A DNA stretch of 64,000 bases. Source: a virus. Lineage: Duplodnaviria; Caudoviricetes. Positions 50,028 to 60,094 of this stretch are shown piece after piece. A program made the position numbers and the translations under genes. The stretch covers positions 1-64,000 of the IMG/VR virus record IMGVR_UViG_3300021431_004509; one strand, given 5' to 3'. Every line of letters starts with the position of its first letter. Position 1 is the stretch's first letter. Below the pieces are notes generated by a model, which was not told the DNA's origin, did not search any database, and worked only from the letters and a program-made list of their open reading frames with translations.

Positions 50028-51047
50028 TTACAGATCGGAAAGCTGCGCTTTGTTTGGGACGCAGATATCCCCGTCCTTGAAGAACATTGCAAGCTTTTCG
50101 TCTTTGGAACTGTCGTCATAGATTTTCAGCATTTCCGATGACGACCATCCGATAATATCCACCACGACACTGTCTGGTATGCCAGCCTTGATCAGGCTCG
50201 TGCAATAAAAATGTCTCAGTGAATGAAAATAAAAGTCTTTCCCCGTGATCTTGCTGAAGCTGGCTGCCCAGCTGTTTAACGTAGATTCCGACAGGGGAGA
50301 CTTCCAGTCGGACGGAGAAACAAAAAGCAGCTCGCTTTCAATACCAAGTTCGTCGCGCTGCGTAAGCCACGCGTTCAAATATGGTGTAAATTTCTTCGCG
50401 AGCGTATAGCACTCCAGATACTTATTCCCTTTTGTAAGAATCGGGGCGCTCTGATAAAGCGCCCCGTCACAAACAAGTCTATCTTCTGTGAAATCATCAA
50501 CGCGAAATCTGCATAACTCAGCTTTCCTACGCCCGCCGTACATAGCAAGCGCAACACAGCACGCCTTCTGATACTCGTGTTTTTCCATCAGCCGATGCAG
50601 CAAAGTTTCCAGCTCGTCCTCAGACCACACCGTTTTCTCTCTCACCGGCTGCAATGTCGGGTCCGCAATCTTCCGCACGATCGGCCTGAATTCTTTGAAT
50701 TCTTCCTCTTCGTCCAATACTGCCTCTATAAAATTCGACAGGGAGCTGATCGCAGATTTGATCCTCCGCACACGCGCAGGGCTGTTCCCATTCTCGTTGA
50801 TCATCCAGTTTTGGAATGCGACAATGTCTCTTTTGCTGACTTTTTGAAACGCCTTGTTGTTTGCATTCTGAAGCACCCAACAAAAGAAAATTGCAAGATC
50901 TGAATCGTATTGCCTGCGCGTCCCCTCGCTTCTGTTGAGTGCCTTCAGGTAATCCAGAAATTCCTTCTTCAGGCGAAGATTTTCTGGATTCACCTGCGCA
51001 AGCAATTCTGGCGAAGTCAGCTTGTTCTGCTTTGTCTTCCTCGGCAT
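50028..51047 (-). CDS. Tyrosine recombinase
   Basis: SAM-like N-terminus; catalytic R (GGRRKAEL), K (TKGNK), HSLRH, W (IIGW), Y (KIYD) all present. Confidence 0.9.
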   Translation of the reverse strand: MPRKTKQNKLTSPELLAQVNPENLRLKKEFLDYLKALNRSEGTRRQYDSDLAIFFCWVLQNANNKAFQKVSKRDIVAFQNWMINENGNSPARVRRIKSAISSLSNFIEAVLDEEEEFKEFRPIVRKIADPTLQPVREKTVWSEDELETLLHRLMEKHEYQKACCVALAMYGGRRKAELCRFRVDDFTEDRLVCDGALYQSAPILTKGNKYLECYTLAKKFTPYLNAWLTQRDELGIESELLFVSPSDWKSPLSESTLNSWAASFSKITGKDFYFHSLRHFYCTSLIKAGIPDSVVVDIIGWSSSEMLKIYDDSSKDEKLAMFFKDGDICVPNKAQLSDL

Positions 51048-51100
51048 AAAAGCCTCCTTCCCGTAATATTCATATAATTTACATGACTGTTAAAAAAGAA

Positions 51101-52309
51101 TTACGACAGATCAATGTCGTAGTGGCAGCGGATACCGTTTTCATCACAAACGCATACCATCTGTTCCGGTACTCCGTAAATCCTCTTCTCCACGCAGAAG
51201 CTGTCCATTCCCTGGAAGCTGCCAGCCATCACAGTTCTCACACCCTGCACATTATCCGTCGCATTATGGTGTTTATGGCCGCACAATACTGCGTACAGCG
51301 GCTGCCGCACCATGGTCTGCAAGGACTGGACCTTACCGTATGAGCCATCGAAATCACCGTGTACCATGCAGTAGTTTTTACCGCGTATGGAGAACATCGA
51401 CATGGTTTCGTCAAGTTTGTGTTCTGCAGAATTGATCTCTATGTTCTCTATGTTTTGGAGCCTCGCCTCAAGGTACCATTCCACCAAATTGTCAAGCCGC
51501 TCAGAAACAAGCGAGTTCTCTTTGTTCGGTTCGATACGGCTGTGATTTCCAGCAACGCTTACGAAACGAACCGTCCTGAAGTGTTTGCTCAACTCAGACA
51601 GAAACCATGCAATCAGCTCCGACACGCCGATCACCTGTTCGATCACGTTCTCTTTGTTCGTTACCTGTATGCTTCTATGGATAGACCCGCTGATCAAATC
51701 ACCAGCCGCCCATACAGTACAGTTTTCACAGTGATGCAGCTCAGTGATCTCAACGATCTTATCAAGATAATCACACAGCGCACGCTTGAACACGTCGGAG
51801 TCGTATCGCCTCCATGCGTTTCTAAAGCACGCCCCATAGTGTATATCGTTCAGTGACACAAGAAGGTCTGAATCGCCGTATGGCATCGGCCCGAATGGCG
51901 GCTCCTTATCTCCGACCGGGAGGACTGGCAGCTCACCTGCTCGGATGCAGCTCTGAATAATATCATTCAGTTCTTCTTCTCTCGCGCGATCTCGCACCAT
52001 CTTGCTGTACGCCATTCTCTGGTCGTAAAATTTCTGCCGCTCTTTGCGCAGCTCGACCATCTTTTCGTCAAGCTCCTGGCTGATATCGTCTCCTGACTGT
52101 GCTGCCGCTTCTTCGCCGATCAGGTCAAGCGTTTTCTTGCTCCCATAGAGCATCCTCCGTGCCACATCGCTTGAATACGCTTTCCCGTACAGCCTTTCTG
52201 ACAATTCTGAATAGTCGTAGTCAGAGAGCGTCTTGTCATCCAGTTTCCCGTAGACGAGCCGCTTATGATATTGAAGCGCGCTCTCCCCGTCTCTTCTCTC
52301 CAGATCCAT
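51101..52309 (-). CDS. Calcineurin-like metallophosphoesterase
   Basis: DIH, GDLI, GNH, HGD, GHKH motifs. Confidence 0.85.
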   Translation of the reverse strand: MDLERRDGESALQYHKRLVYGKLDDKTLSDYDYSELSERLYGKAYSSDVARRMLYGSKKTLDLIGEEAAAQSGDDISQELDEKMVELRKERQKFYDQRMAYSKMVRDRAREEELNDIIQSCIRAGELPVLPVGDKEPPFGPMPYGDSDLLVSLNDIHYGACFRNAWRRYDSDVFKRALCDYLDKIVEITELHHCENCTVWAAGDLISGSIHRSIQVTNKENVIEQVIGVSELIAWFLSELSKHFRTVRFVSVAGNHSRIEPNKENSLVSERLDNLVEWYLEARLQNIENIEINSAEHKLDETMSMFSIRGKNYCMVHGDFDGSYGKVQSLQTMVRQPLYAVLCGHKHHNATDNVQGVRTVMAGSFQGMDSFCVEKRIYGVPEQMVCVCDENGIRCHYDIDLS

Positions 52310-52557
52310 CAGCGCTTCCTCCGCGCGCCCTGCTTTGTCGTATCGCTGTAGCTATACCTCGCCGTGTAAATAACACCGCGCTGTCTGATACGATCAAGAT
52401 ACGCCATCGCACCCGGGCGCTCCTCGCAGAAGTAGTGCTTCCGCTTGGAGTCCTGCTTCATTGTACGCGCAATGCACAGGTCGGGATATTTCTTCAGCAA
52501 CATTTCTTTTTCTTCTTTTGTAACAGGAACCATTAAGGTTAACTTCATTCCCTTCAT
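52309..52557 (-). CDS. Small basic hypothetical protein
   Basis: Coupled to the downstream gene; start may be ATG 52533. Confidence 0.55.
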   Translation of the reverse strand: MKGMKLTLMVPVTKEEKEMLLKKYPDLCIARTMKQDSKRKHYFCEERPGAMAYLDRIRQRGVIYTARYSYSDTTKQGARRKR

Positions 52558-52661
52558 TCATTTTTATAGGGTACTACTCCCTACCATAGAAAGACACTCA
52601 TCAAAAAGCCCGCAAACCCGCATGAATACTAACTTTTTAAGGCATCCCCAATGTAAACATT

Positions 52662-53498
52662 TTATGTTTTTGCGGCAGCCTCACTGTTTGTATTTCCTCC
52701 TAACGTGGTCTGCTGGTTATCCGCATACTTTGACGCCGCATTCAAGATACGAGATCTCATAACATGGTTAACGATCTGGCGCATATGTACTTTCACCGCG
52801 CAGTCCTTGCAGTATTTCATACGGTGTTTCTGCGATCCATCGGGCACCTTCACAGTAAGTCCGCAGTTCTGGCATACAAAGTACGGCTTGCCAAGCAGCA
52901 TCATATATTGATTGCCGAGATTCCTGTAGTCTCGGATCTCTACTGCAGTCTCGCCGTCCTCAACAAAAAGAACCTTCACGTTCAGGTTTGTGATCCTCTT
53001 GGAAGATTGGATCAAGCCGGCATCCAGCAGCTGCCCATAGAGCAGGTTCTGCCGCTTGTATGACGTGTTGATATTCGCCATTTTCATGATATCACTTTCC
53101 GGCGTGTTGACCCACCAGTCCGTCTGCGGTGATACGACCTTCATATACTTTGCTATGCACAACAGCGTAAAGGCGAGCCGCTGTGCCTGTACTCCTTTCA
53201 CAGCCTTGATCCGTGCAATCTCCGGCTTTGTGATCTCGATCTTATCAATAATAATGAGTGGATGCTTCATCCCGTATTTCACCGAGCTTTCAATCGTATC
53301 GGCCCACAGTACGGTCGATGCGTAAGGATCGCACCGCAGGAGGAATTCTTCAACCTTCTTCTTGACTCCTGCCTTCTTGTACCCCATGTGTTTGTAATAC
53401 TTTGCTACGCGCCCAAGCGTCTCCGCAGGATTGCTTCCGAGCTCATAATGCTCAATCGCTTCCTTCGTCCATGTCAGTTCGTCCAGAATAATACTCAT
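52662..53498 (-). CDS. RNAP-associated hypothetical protein with C-terminal Zn ribbon
   Basis: 'RLAFTLLC.AK', CQNC...CKDC; overlaps the RNAP stop. Confidence 0.65.
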   Translation of the reverse strand: MSIILDELTWTKEAIEHYELGSNPAETLGRVAKYYKHMGYKKAGVKKKVEEFLLRCDPYASTVLWADTIESSVKYGMKHPLIIIDKIEITKPEIARIKAVKGVQAQRLAFTLLCIAKYMKVVSPQTDWWVNTPESDIMKMANINTSYKRQNLLYGQLLDAGLIQSSKRITNLNVKVLFVEDGETAVEIRDYRNLGNQYMMLLGKPYFVCQNCGLTVKVPDGSQKHRMKYCKDCAVKVHMRQIVNHVMRSRILNAASKYADNQQTTLGGNTNSEAAAKT

Positions 53499-56226
53499 CA
53501 GATTCCCCCAATGTTTTTGTTATCACCGTAAACCGCTCACCGCAATACTCGATTTCCCCGTCGTCTGCTTGAACCGGTATGGAAAGAACGCCGCCATTTT
53601 TATCCAGCAGGTTCTGTACCACCTGCTCGGCAAATGTTCCCCACAGCAATCTCTTTGTCGCGCTCTTCCCGTACCAGATATCGATCAGGATATTGACAAG
53701 CTCCGCATCGCAGGAGCACACAGCCGCACACTCACGTCTGAACTCATCGTAAATACTATGGTTGAATACAAACACCTCATCCTGATCCACACTGTTCGAA
53801 TTTGCGTACGCCATGTATTCCTTCAGCCGCCTGCTGTATTCCTCATAAAGCTTTTTCACCGTGTAGTATCTGTGCTGCTTGTATGTCGCGTCGCTTTTAT
53901 ACAACGATGTATCAAACGTTCCTGCCGCAGAAGCCCGACCGACAAACCCGTCGAAGGCTTCTTCAAACTTCCGGCAGATTCTGTTCATCACGCAGTCTCC
54001 GACGCCGACCGGCATACCGAGATCATAATACCGCAGGAAGTCTTTCTGTCTGTCGGTCAGCTCGGAATAGGGGAGTGCCCGCAATTCATCCACCCCAATC
54101 CGAAACTCACGAAGCGCGGCTCCGTCTGACTTCCGGATATATGTCTTGTATTCCTTCATCAGGTCCGGATAGATATACCGCATAAAGGCAGGCTTTCTGT
54201 CCGCAACGATGCTTCTGTAAAAGCTGCGTGTATCGTCGTCCTCAATCTGGTTGACTGCGTGCCTGTCATGCCACTCCCTCGGCATCGGTTTTGCGATAAT
54301 ACCCTTCGCCCGATCAATTACATTCTGCTGCAGAAGCTGGCCGACCATCGTTCTGTATTCCAGCTCCTTATATTCCTTGCTCTCCGGCTTGAAATGTGAC
54401 TGCACCTCATACATGGATGTGATCCAGTTTGTTGTCTTCCCGATCTCATTTCCAAATGCAAGGATGTTCGCCTGTATCGTGTCGTCCTCTCCCGGGACGA
54501 TTTTTGTCGCCTTCCTCTGGGCACACATGATTGTCGGCAGTTCTCTGTTCCGCCTGACAAGAACAGGGTTGTCCGTCAGCATAACAATATCGCCATCGTA
54601 ATCAGCGCCATTGAGTGCGGCTGTCATGGAGTCCCATACGTTAAAGATCGTTCCCGTCGTATTGAAGCGATACCAATACGCAGCCTCCGCGGACATACAT
54701 GGATGAACCTTCCGGATGTTGTTGTGTACAGACATCGGCGCCCGGAAGCACACAAGGTTGTCCTGGCCGTTATCAACCCAATACTTGTTGTAGATCTCTC
54801 CGGCCTTTAACAGCCCGGTCACTTCCATACCGAAGATACTCTGGCAAAGTGCATACGGGTCTCCGGAGATGATGGAGTAATTTCCATGTACATTGAGCAC
54901 GCCGACTTTTGCCTCATTGATCCTGTTGCGAATCAGTTGGTAGATAGACGCCTTCACGAACGGGTCGTCCAGCACACGTTTGTCTGCCATGATAGCCTTT
55001 GCGATCCCAGGCTTTAACCTCTCCGGGCTTGCATTGCCCACACCGGTTCCGGAAAGAAACAGGACTGTCTTTGCCCAATCCCCTCCAAGCACACCATTTA
55101 ACTCATCCATAGTCGGTGCGATCAGCTCATCAATGTCATCGTCAGACATCTGATAGGACTGGATAAACTGATAGTTAAGCGATCTCTGATTCTCCAGCAC
55201 CTCCGGCGCCGTCTTGGTCACGCAAATTGAGTAACCGTTCTCCGTGCAGCAGTCGAGATAATGGTCAATGCTTCTGTAACTATCCCACAGCTTCAGCATG
55301 CTCTCCGTGAAAATCAGTTCTACTTGACGTATGTCAATCTCGTTCCCCCATACGTCCGTCACCATGTATTTCCCGGCGACATTCTCCGCAAAGTCCAAAA
55401 AGTCAAAGGTAAAGATCATGCCCTTTTCAAAGCTGAGTCTTGTGTTGCACCCGCTCATAACGTAGTTAAGGCCAAGCTCCCTGCTCCATCTCTCTGCAAG
55501 TGACGGCAGCATCAGCCCGCAGCCGTCGCACCCATCCATCCGGATCTCCGTATCCTTCTGGAACTCCATGACCGGCTCGCCGTCTCCCTCGTCAGTGATA
55601 TAGATCGTGTCCTCGTGAAACACCGTTTCGAAATCCTTTACCACCAGGATTCCATTCGGCCATGACACAGGGACAGACGCGCTGCATGCAAGCGCCTTAT
55701 AAGCCTCCAGCTTCGCCGGGACAAGCTGCTTGTTCATATCTCTCCCATTGTCGATCCTGCGTCTGATCTCATCGATATGCCGTTCGCTGATAAAGACGAT
55801 GGTGCTGTTTTTGATTCCGCCGTTTGTGCCAAGCAGACGCTTATAGCTGATCCCGTTGATACTGAACCCGTTGCACGCACGCCAGTAATCCTTTTCCTTG
55901 TCAATAATAAGGCACATATAGTCCGGCTTGAACTGGATCGTATCCAGCTTCTGATAAAGCTGGCGCACAGCCTTTCTGTTTTCAATATTGTTATCTGCTT
56001 TGCGCAGCCGCACGATCTCGCGCTTGATCTCCGCTGCGCGTTCGTCTGCGTCGACAATTCCGTTTAACTCATCCAGCCACCGCAGAACCTGGCTGCTTGC
56101 AAGTGCGATCACCTCTCCGTTTTTTCTTGCCTCAGATATCGGGAGAGTAAGCTTCCACCTTGCCTCGCGCAGCCGTGAGCTGTGTATCTTGTAGATATAG
56201 CGCGGACTCGCTGTCTGTTGCTTAAT
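53452..56226 (-). CDS. YonO-like single-subunit two-barrel RNA polymerase (homologous to eukaryotic RNAi RdRPs)
   Basis: Catalytic 'NGADYDGD', 'DGCG', 'KGM', 'LNYQFIQS', 'FRAP', 'ID.AKG'; frame extends 38 codons above the track start to an ATT placed 8 nt after AAAGGAGG. Confidence 0.88.
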   Translation of the reverse strand: MKQQTASPRYIYKIHSSRLREARWKLTLPISEARKNGEVIALASSQVLRWLDELNGIVDADERAAEIKREIVRLRKADNNIENRKAVRQLYQKLDTIQFKPDYMCLIIDKEKDYWRACNGFSINGISYKRLLGTNGGIKNSTIVFISERHIDEIRRRIDNGRDMNKQLVPAKLEAYKALACSASVPVSWPNGILVVKDFETVFHEDTIYITDEGDGEPVMEFQKDTEIRMDGCDGCGLMLPSLAERWSRELGLNYVMSGCNTRLSFEKGMIFTFDFLDFAENVAGKYMVTDVWGNEIDIRQVELIFTESMLKLWDSYRSIDHYLDCCTENGYSICVTKTAPEVLENQRSLNYQFIQSYQMSDDDIDELIAPTMDELNGVLGGDWAKTVLFLSGTGVGNASPERLKPGIAKAIMADKRVLDDPFVKASIYQLIRNRINEAKVGVLNVHGNYSIISGDPYALCQSIFGMEVTGLLKAGEIYNKYWVDNGQDNLVCFRAPMSVHNNIRKVHPCMSAEAAYWYRFNTTGTIFNVWDSMTAALNGADYDGDIVMLTDNPVLVRRNRELPTIMCAQRKATKIVPGEDDTIQANILAFGNEIGKTTNWITSMYEVQSHFKPESKEYKELEYRTMVGQLLQQNVIDRAKGIIAKPMPREWHDRHAVNQIEDDDTRSFYRSIVADRKPAFMRYIYPDLMKEYKTYIRKSDGAALREFRIGVDELRALPYSELTDRQKDFLRYYDLGMPVGVGDCVMNRICRKFEEAFDGFVGRASAAGTFDTSLYKSDATYKQHRYYTVKKLYEEYSRRLKEYMAYANSNSVDQDEVFVFNHSIYDEFRRECAAVCSCDAELVNILIDIWYGKSATKRLLWGTFAEQVVQNLLDKNGGVLSIPVQADDGEIEYCGERFTVITKTLGESDEYYSGRTDMDEGSD

Positions 56227-56268
56227 AAGCCCCGCCTCCTTTGGTATTCATATAATTGACTTGACAGA

Positions 56269-56448
56269 TCAATAAAGAAATGGGTCAACCCCATTTTCCC
56301 GCAAATAAGCATAATACTCGTCGTAGAAGGAACGTCTCTCAGCCTCTATGTAAAGTCCGATTGTCTCGTCTCCGCTATGCGCGTCAACGCCCATCAGGAT
56401 CGCAAGCTCCTCGTCTGTAAAGCCGTATTCATTCCATGGTGTCTTCAA
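56269..56448 (-). CDS. Small acidic hypothetical protein
   Basis: GGGAGG SD with TTG at 56448 (LKTPWNEYGF...). Confidence 0.5.
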   Translation of the reverse strand: MKTPWNEYGFTDEELAILMGVDAHSGDETIGLYIEAERRSFYDEYYAYLRENGVDPFLY

Positions 56449-57697
56449 CTGCGTCACCTCCCTTCGCCGTCTCAACGATCCAATCCCAGAGCAGGTTACG
56501 CATTCGGCAACTCGGCACATACAGGTAGATCGGCTTACCGTCGCGGATCGCGCTTCGCCAGATCCACTGCAGCATCTCTGACAGCGCGATCTCGTCGCGG
56601 TCGATAATGAACCCGCGCTTGGCAAAGAACTTCTGAACGTTCGGGTCCTCATACCGGTTTACCATGTAGGCAAGGTGAGTGCATCGCCTGTACTCGTTCG
56701 TTGCTTTCAGGTTGAGCGGGACGAAGTTTCCGCGGCATCTTCCGTTCGGCGGTACCAGCTTATCCATATCCTTTTTGAAGCATGTCCACATCCGCTCTTT
56801 ACTTGCATCGGCACCGCGTGCTCTGCGAAGGAAACGAAGCATATTCTTCCTGAGCTGTGCGATAAGATCATCGTCCGCATTTCGCATGTTGTACCAATTC
56901 TTTGCGAGTGAATACGTTTCTCTCCCCGGCCTGTTCATATCAGCATCGAGATCAATATGGATCAGTCCTCTATAGTCCACAGCTGGCGGGTTATCCGGAT
57001 GCGGCACAAAGAATGGACCATTGTTGTCAAACTCAATTCCATAGATATCGTACTGGAATCCAAAGATAGCAAGATAGCCGTCGAGTAAACTCTTCTTAAA
57101 ACGATAAGTAAGGATAAACACCTCGTCAAATGCGCTGAGCAAATCCGGGTTCAGGATGCTCATTAAGGAGGTGTCTGCGCAGTACAGGCATCCGGAATCT
57201 GCCATACGTTTATACCCGTTGAACTTCCCCTCATAGCTGTCGTCGATCCAGGACACGCGCCCATCCTCACCAACCTGTACCTGCTGTTTCAGGATCATCT
57301 GCAGATCCTGATGGGTAATTGCCACCTTTTCTATTATATTGATTTCCTCGTCTACGATCAGGACATAATGCTTTTCTTTCACCAGCTCTCTCGCCTCCTC
57401 GTCCATCAGGTAGAAGAGGGAATGGGTAGTGGAAATATTTTTACCGGCCCTGAGGTAATCTTTCAGGATCACTGACTTCGGAATTGCCCGCGCATCATCC
57501 GCGCCGTCTTCTATCGTATCATCTTTCGGTTCATCGAAATCACACCACTGGCAAATACGCTCCACCTCTGTCAGATACGGCGTGATATACAGGAAGCGAT
57601 ATTCATCCTTATGATCCTCCATATACCGGATGGCGGCAGTGGACTTGCCTCTGCCCATCCTGGCGTCTACAACCTTGATATGATTCTCATCATTCAT
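56429..57697 (-). CDS. SF2 helicase-like P-loop protein (possible replication initiator)
   Basis: Walker A 'DARMGRGKST', 'YITPYLTE', 'TTHSLF', Walker B 'LIVDEE', 'QWIWRSAIR.G'. Confidence 0.8.
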   Translation of the reverse strand: MNDENHIKVVDARMGRGKSTAAIRYMEDHKDEYRFLYITPYLTEVERICQWCDFDEPKDDTIEDGADDARAIPKSVILKDYLRAGKNISTTHSLFYLMDEEARELVKEKHYVLIVDEEINIIEKVAITHQDLQMILKQQVQVGEDGRVSWIDDSYEGKFNGYKRMADSGCLYCADTSLMSILNPDLLSAFDEVFILTYRFKKSLLDGYLAIFGFQYDIYGIEFDNNGPFFVPHPDNPPAVDYRGLIHIDLDADMNRPGRETYSLAKNWYNMRNADDDLIAQLRKNMLRFLRRARGADASKERMWTCFKKDMDKLVPPNGRCRGNFVPLNLKATNEYRRCTHLAYMVNRYEDPNVQKFFAKRGFIIDRDEIALSEMLQWIWRSAIRDGKPIYLYVPSCRMRNLLWDWIVETAKGGDAVEDTME

Positions 57698-58499
57698 TGT
57701 TCATAAACCATCTCCTCTCGGCAAATTCTTTTCTTGACGAACTGACAATCCATGCCATCGGAAGCACCCCTTCCCAATGGAAGTCCGCAAAGCCGCATGA
57801 ATACAGGATTTTTTGGGTCTGTTTCTTAAAAGAAATATACTCTCGCAACCTTTGACACAGTCGGGGGTGAGAGACACGTATCCTCGACTGTAACAAGGGA
57901 CGATCGTAAACATTATCTTTTCGTTAAAATGATTATCTTCCCCTCCTATATATTATTCTTTTATTTAATAGCAATTTCCTGAAACCCGCATGAGCACTAG
58001 CTTTTTTTGAGGCCATTGACACTGGAAAATGAATTTGTGTCAACGCCCTTTTTTAAGTGCCTCAAAAAGTTCACAAAATCGAAAAAACGTGTGAATCGTT
58101 TTTGGGCTTCCATTGTGGCAACAACGTTTTTGATCTCCCACCTATTCTTACCGGCGAGACGTGCCGCTACGTTTGAAAGTGACGTCCAGAGAGTAAACGT
58201 ATGCTCGCAGGAGCAAACGGTGTAAAGCGGCACGTCGACCGGTTTGCGTTGTCTGCCGCCGAACATCGTATTCGTCTATGCGGCAGGTGTACGATCGGCA
58301 GACGGATCGAATAGAATAGCTTTGCTGCAGACCACTCATATCATATACGATGCAGCGTCGTTTGATTGTGGTATCAAATCAAATAAATGCGGTCGATTAC
58401 TTGGAGTGAAAAATAAATATATATATTATTGTTTTACAAGTTTGAGATCCACAGTCCTGTCGTTCACTTCCACACATAATCATTTATTTGACATGATGC

Positions 58500-58528
58500 A
58501 TTATACCACATGAGGTTCAATTTGTCAA
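58500..58528 (-). promoter_or_regulatory. Consensus sigmaA promoter (leftward, towards helicase/RNAP)
   Basis: Minus strand TTGACA-17 nt-TATAAT with extended TG. Confidence 0.85.
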
Positions 58529-58876
58529 GTAAAATCGCTTGACAGACCGAATGTTGCAGTTGCAAAATGAGACAAGGCTAGTTGGCGGCGTATTCGATGT
58601 TTCGCTACGTTTTCTGTCTGGACATTTCTTCTTGATCCGGGAGGGCTGAAGCCCGATCAGATCATTTGGACCCGGAAACCATTGAATTTCAACGGGATCG
58701 TTGAGGGGAAGATTTTTTCAAACGCTACCTGGGAGAAGAAGCAGCTTACATTATTTTTCCCGGTCAAGCCGCCGAAAATACCAAAAACAAGCCGCCCCGA
58801 CGGGCTGAAAGTTTCGCTTTGTAATTTTGCAACATAGCGCCATGGGGAGACGGTCAGCACAAGCCGAAAAAAAATC

Positions 58877-58907
58877 AGACTGTAACGCCGTTTTACCTTT
58901 GGGGACA
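58877..58907 (-). repeat. 31-bp motif copy 1 (inverted relative to copies 2 and 3)
   Basis: Reverse complement TGTCCCCAAAGGTAAAACGGCGTTACAGTCT, 30/31 identical to 60180-60210. Confidence 0.9.
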
Positions 58908-58925
58908 GATAACAAAAATTTTTTC

Positions 58926-58954
58926 TTGACAAATACGATTGACGCCCCTATAAT
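58926..58954 (+). promoter_or_regulatory. Consensus sigmaA promoter for the sigma-like gene
   Basis: TTGACA-17 nt-TATAAT. Confidence 0.85.
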
Positions 58955-59030
58955 TGACAGTGTAGTGAAAGCTACACGATGCACATTGACAAATCAAAAA
59001 AACATCTATCGAGAAAGGAAGTAAAAAACC

Positions 59031-60050
59031 ATGAAAAAAACCGCTTTAACTCTTGCCGTCCGTAGCATCAAACGCCGTAACAGTGCCGAAAGAAAGTTGA
59101 TTAATAACCGCTTTTACTATGAGTACAAATTCAACGAAAGCGGCGAATATGTTTCCGACGGCCTGCAAGCCCTGCACAAGTCCGACAAACGCTTTTATAT
59201 CTACATTCCCGCAACAATCGCAAGCGCCGACAATTCGCCTATTTCTGACTTTGGACAAATGTACATGCTGACGCTTGCATATCGCTTTACCGCTCGCGCA
59301 CTGCTGACAAACTATCAGAAATCCGGTCTTGTCATGCTGGACACTCTTTATAAGCAAGTCAAAGCACAGGGGTCAATGCTTTTCGGTCAAGCCATGTTTG
59401 CCGAAATTGAAACGGAATGCAAGTACAGTTACCGCTATTTTGACAGCAAACTGCACAAATTTTTCCAGCGTCAAACGCCGAAAATGAATCAGCGCATTAT
59501 TCACGACGACGCAAAAGAATTTGCATATAACGCAAGCTATGACAAGTCAAAAACAGTTGACGAATACGATGTATTCCAAGACGTAGAAGATTTGCTTTCC
59601 GCCGCACTTGAAAGAATGACAATTCTTGTTAGGGCTGGACAAATCAAGAATTACTGTGATTTTTCGTTACATTCCAGCGCTATTTATGCAGCTATCAACA
59701 GAGAAATTACATATACAAGAACAATTACAGCGCAAATGTCCGATAATGTCCGCATTTTCGACGAAAACGGACTTGAAAGAATCGTTTCCGCGATTTACTT
59801 TGACGAGCACGAAAAGCTTTCAGTTGATGCAATCCTGCAAGAGCTTGCCGGCGTTATGAAAACGCTTTTCCCCCGCTTGAATGTCGAGAAAGCTATTCTT
59901 GCATATCGCAAAACGCTTGACGGTTTCACCATGCGCGAAATTGGAAACGAGCTTGCAGTTGACCATAAACAGATCGTTAGATGGTCAAAAAGTGTCGAAT
60001 ATGCACTTGAAAGCGTCGAATTTGCCGAAAAAGTGTCCGAAATGGTATAA
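59031..60050 (+). CDS. Divergent ECF-sigma-like transcription factor
   Basis: 'DVEDLLSAALERM' resembles region 2; C-terminal 'LDGFTMREIGNELAVDHKQIVRW' resembles the region-4 HTH; long unique N-terminus. Confidence 0.6.
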   Translation: MKKTALTLAVRSIKRRNSAERKLINNRFYYEYKFNESGEYVSDGLQALHKSDKRFYIYIPATIASADNSPISDFGQMYMLTLAYRFTARALLTNYQKSGLVMLDTLYKQVKAQGSMLFGQAMFAEIETECKYSYRYFDSKLHKFFQRQTPKMNQRIIHDDAKEFAYNASYDKSKTVDEYDVFQDVEDLLSAALERMTILVRAGQIKNYCDFSLHSSAIYAAINREITYTRTITAQMSDNVRIFDENGLERIVSAIYFDEHEKLSVDAILQELAGVMKTLFPRLNVEKAILAYRKTLDGFTMREIGNELAVDHKQIVRWSKSVEYALESVEFAEKVSEMV

Positions 60051-60059
60051 ACTCAAATG

Positions 60060-60094
60060 AAAAGAGCTGTCATTCTTGACAGCTCTTTTTTTTT
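60060..60094 (+). terminator. Rho-independent terminator (possibly bidirectional)
   Basis: AAAAGAGCTGTCA-TTCT-TGACAGCTCTTTT followed by more T. Confidence 0.85.

Noticed and set aside
53452-56226. RNA-dependent RNA polymerase / RNAi-like system
   Set aside because: The context matches the YonO-type DNA-dependent late RNAP; no Argonaute or related genes are in the window.
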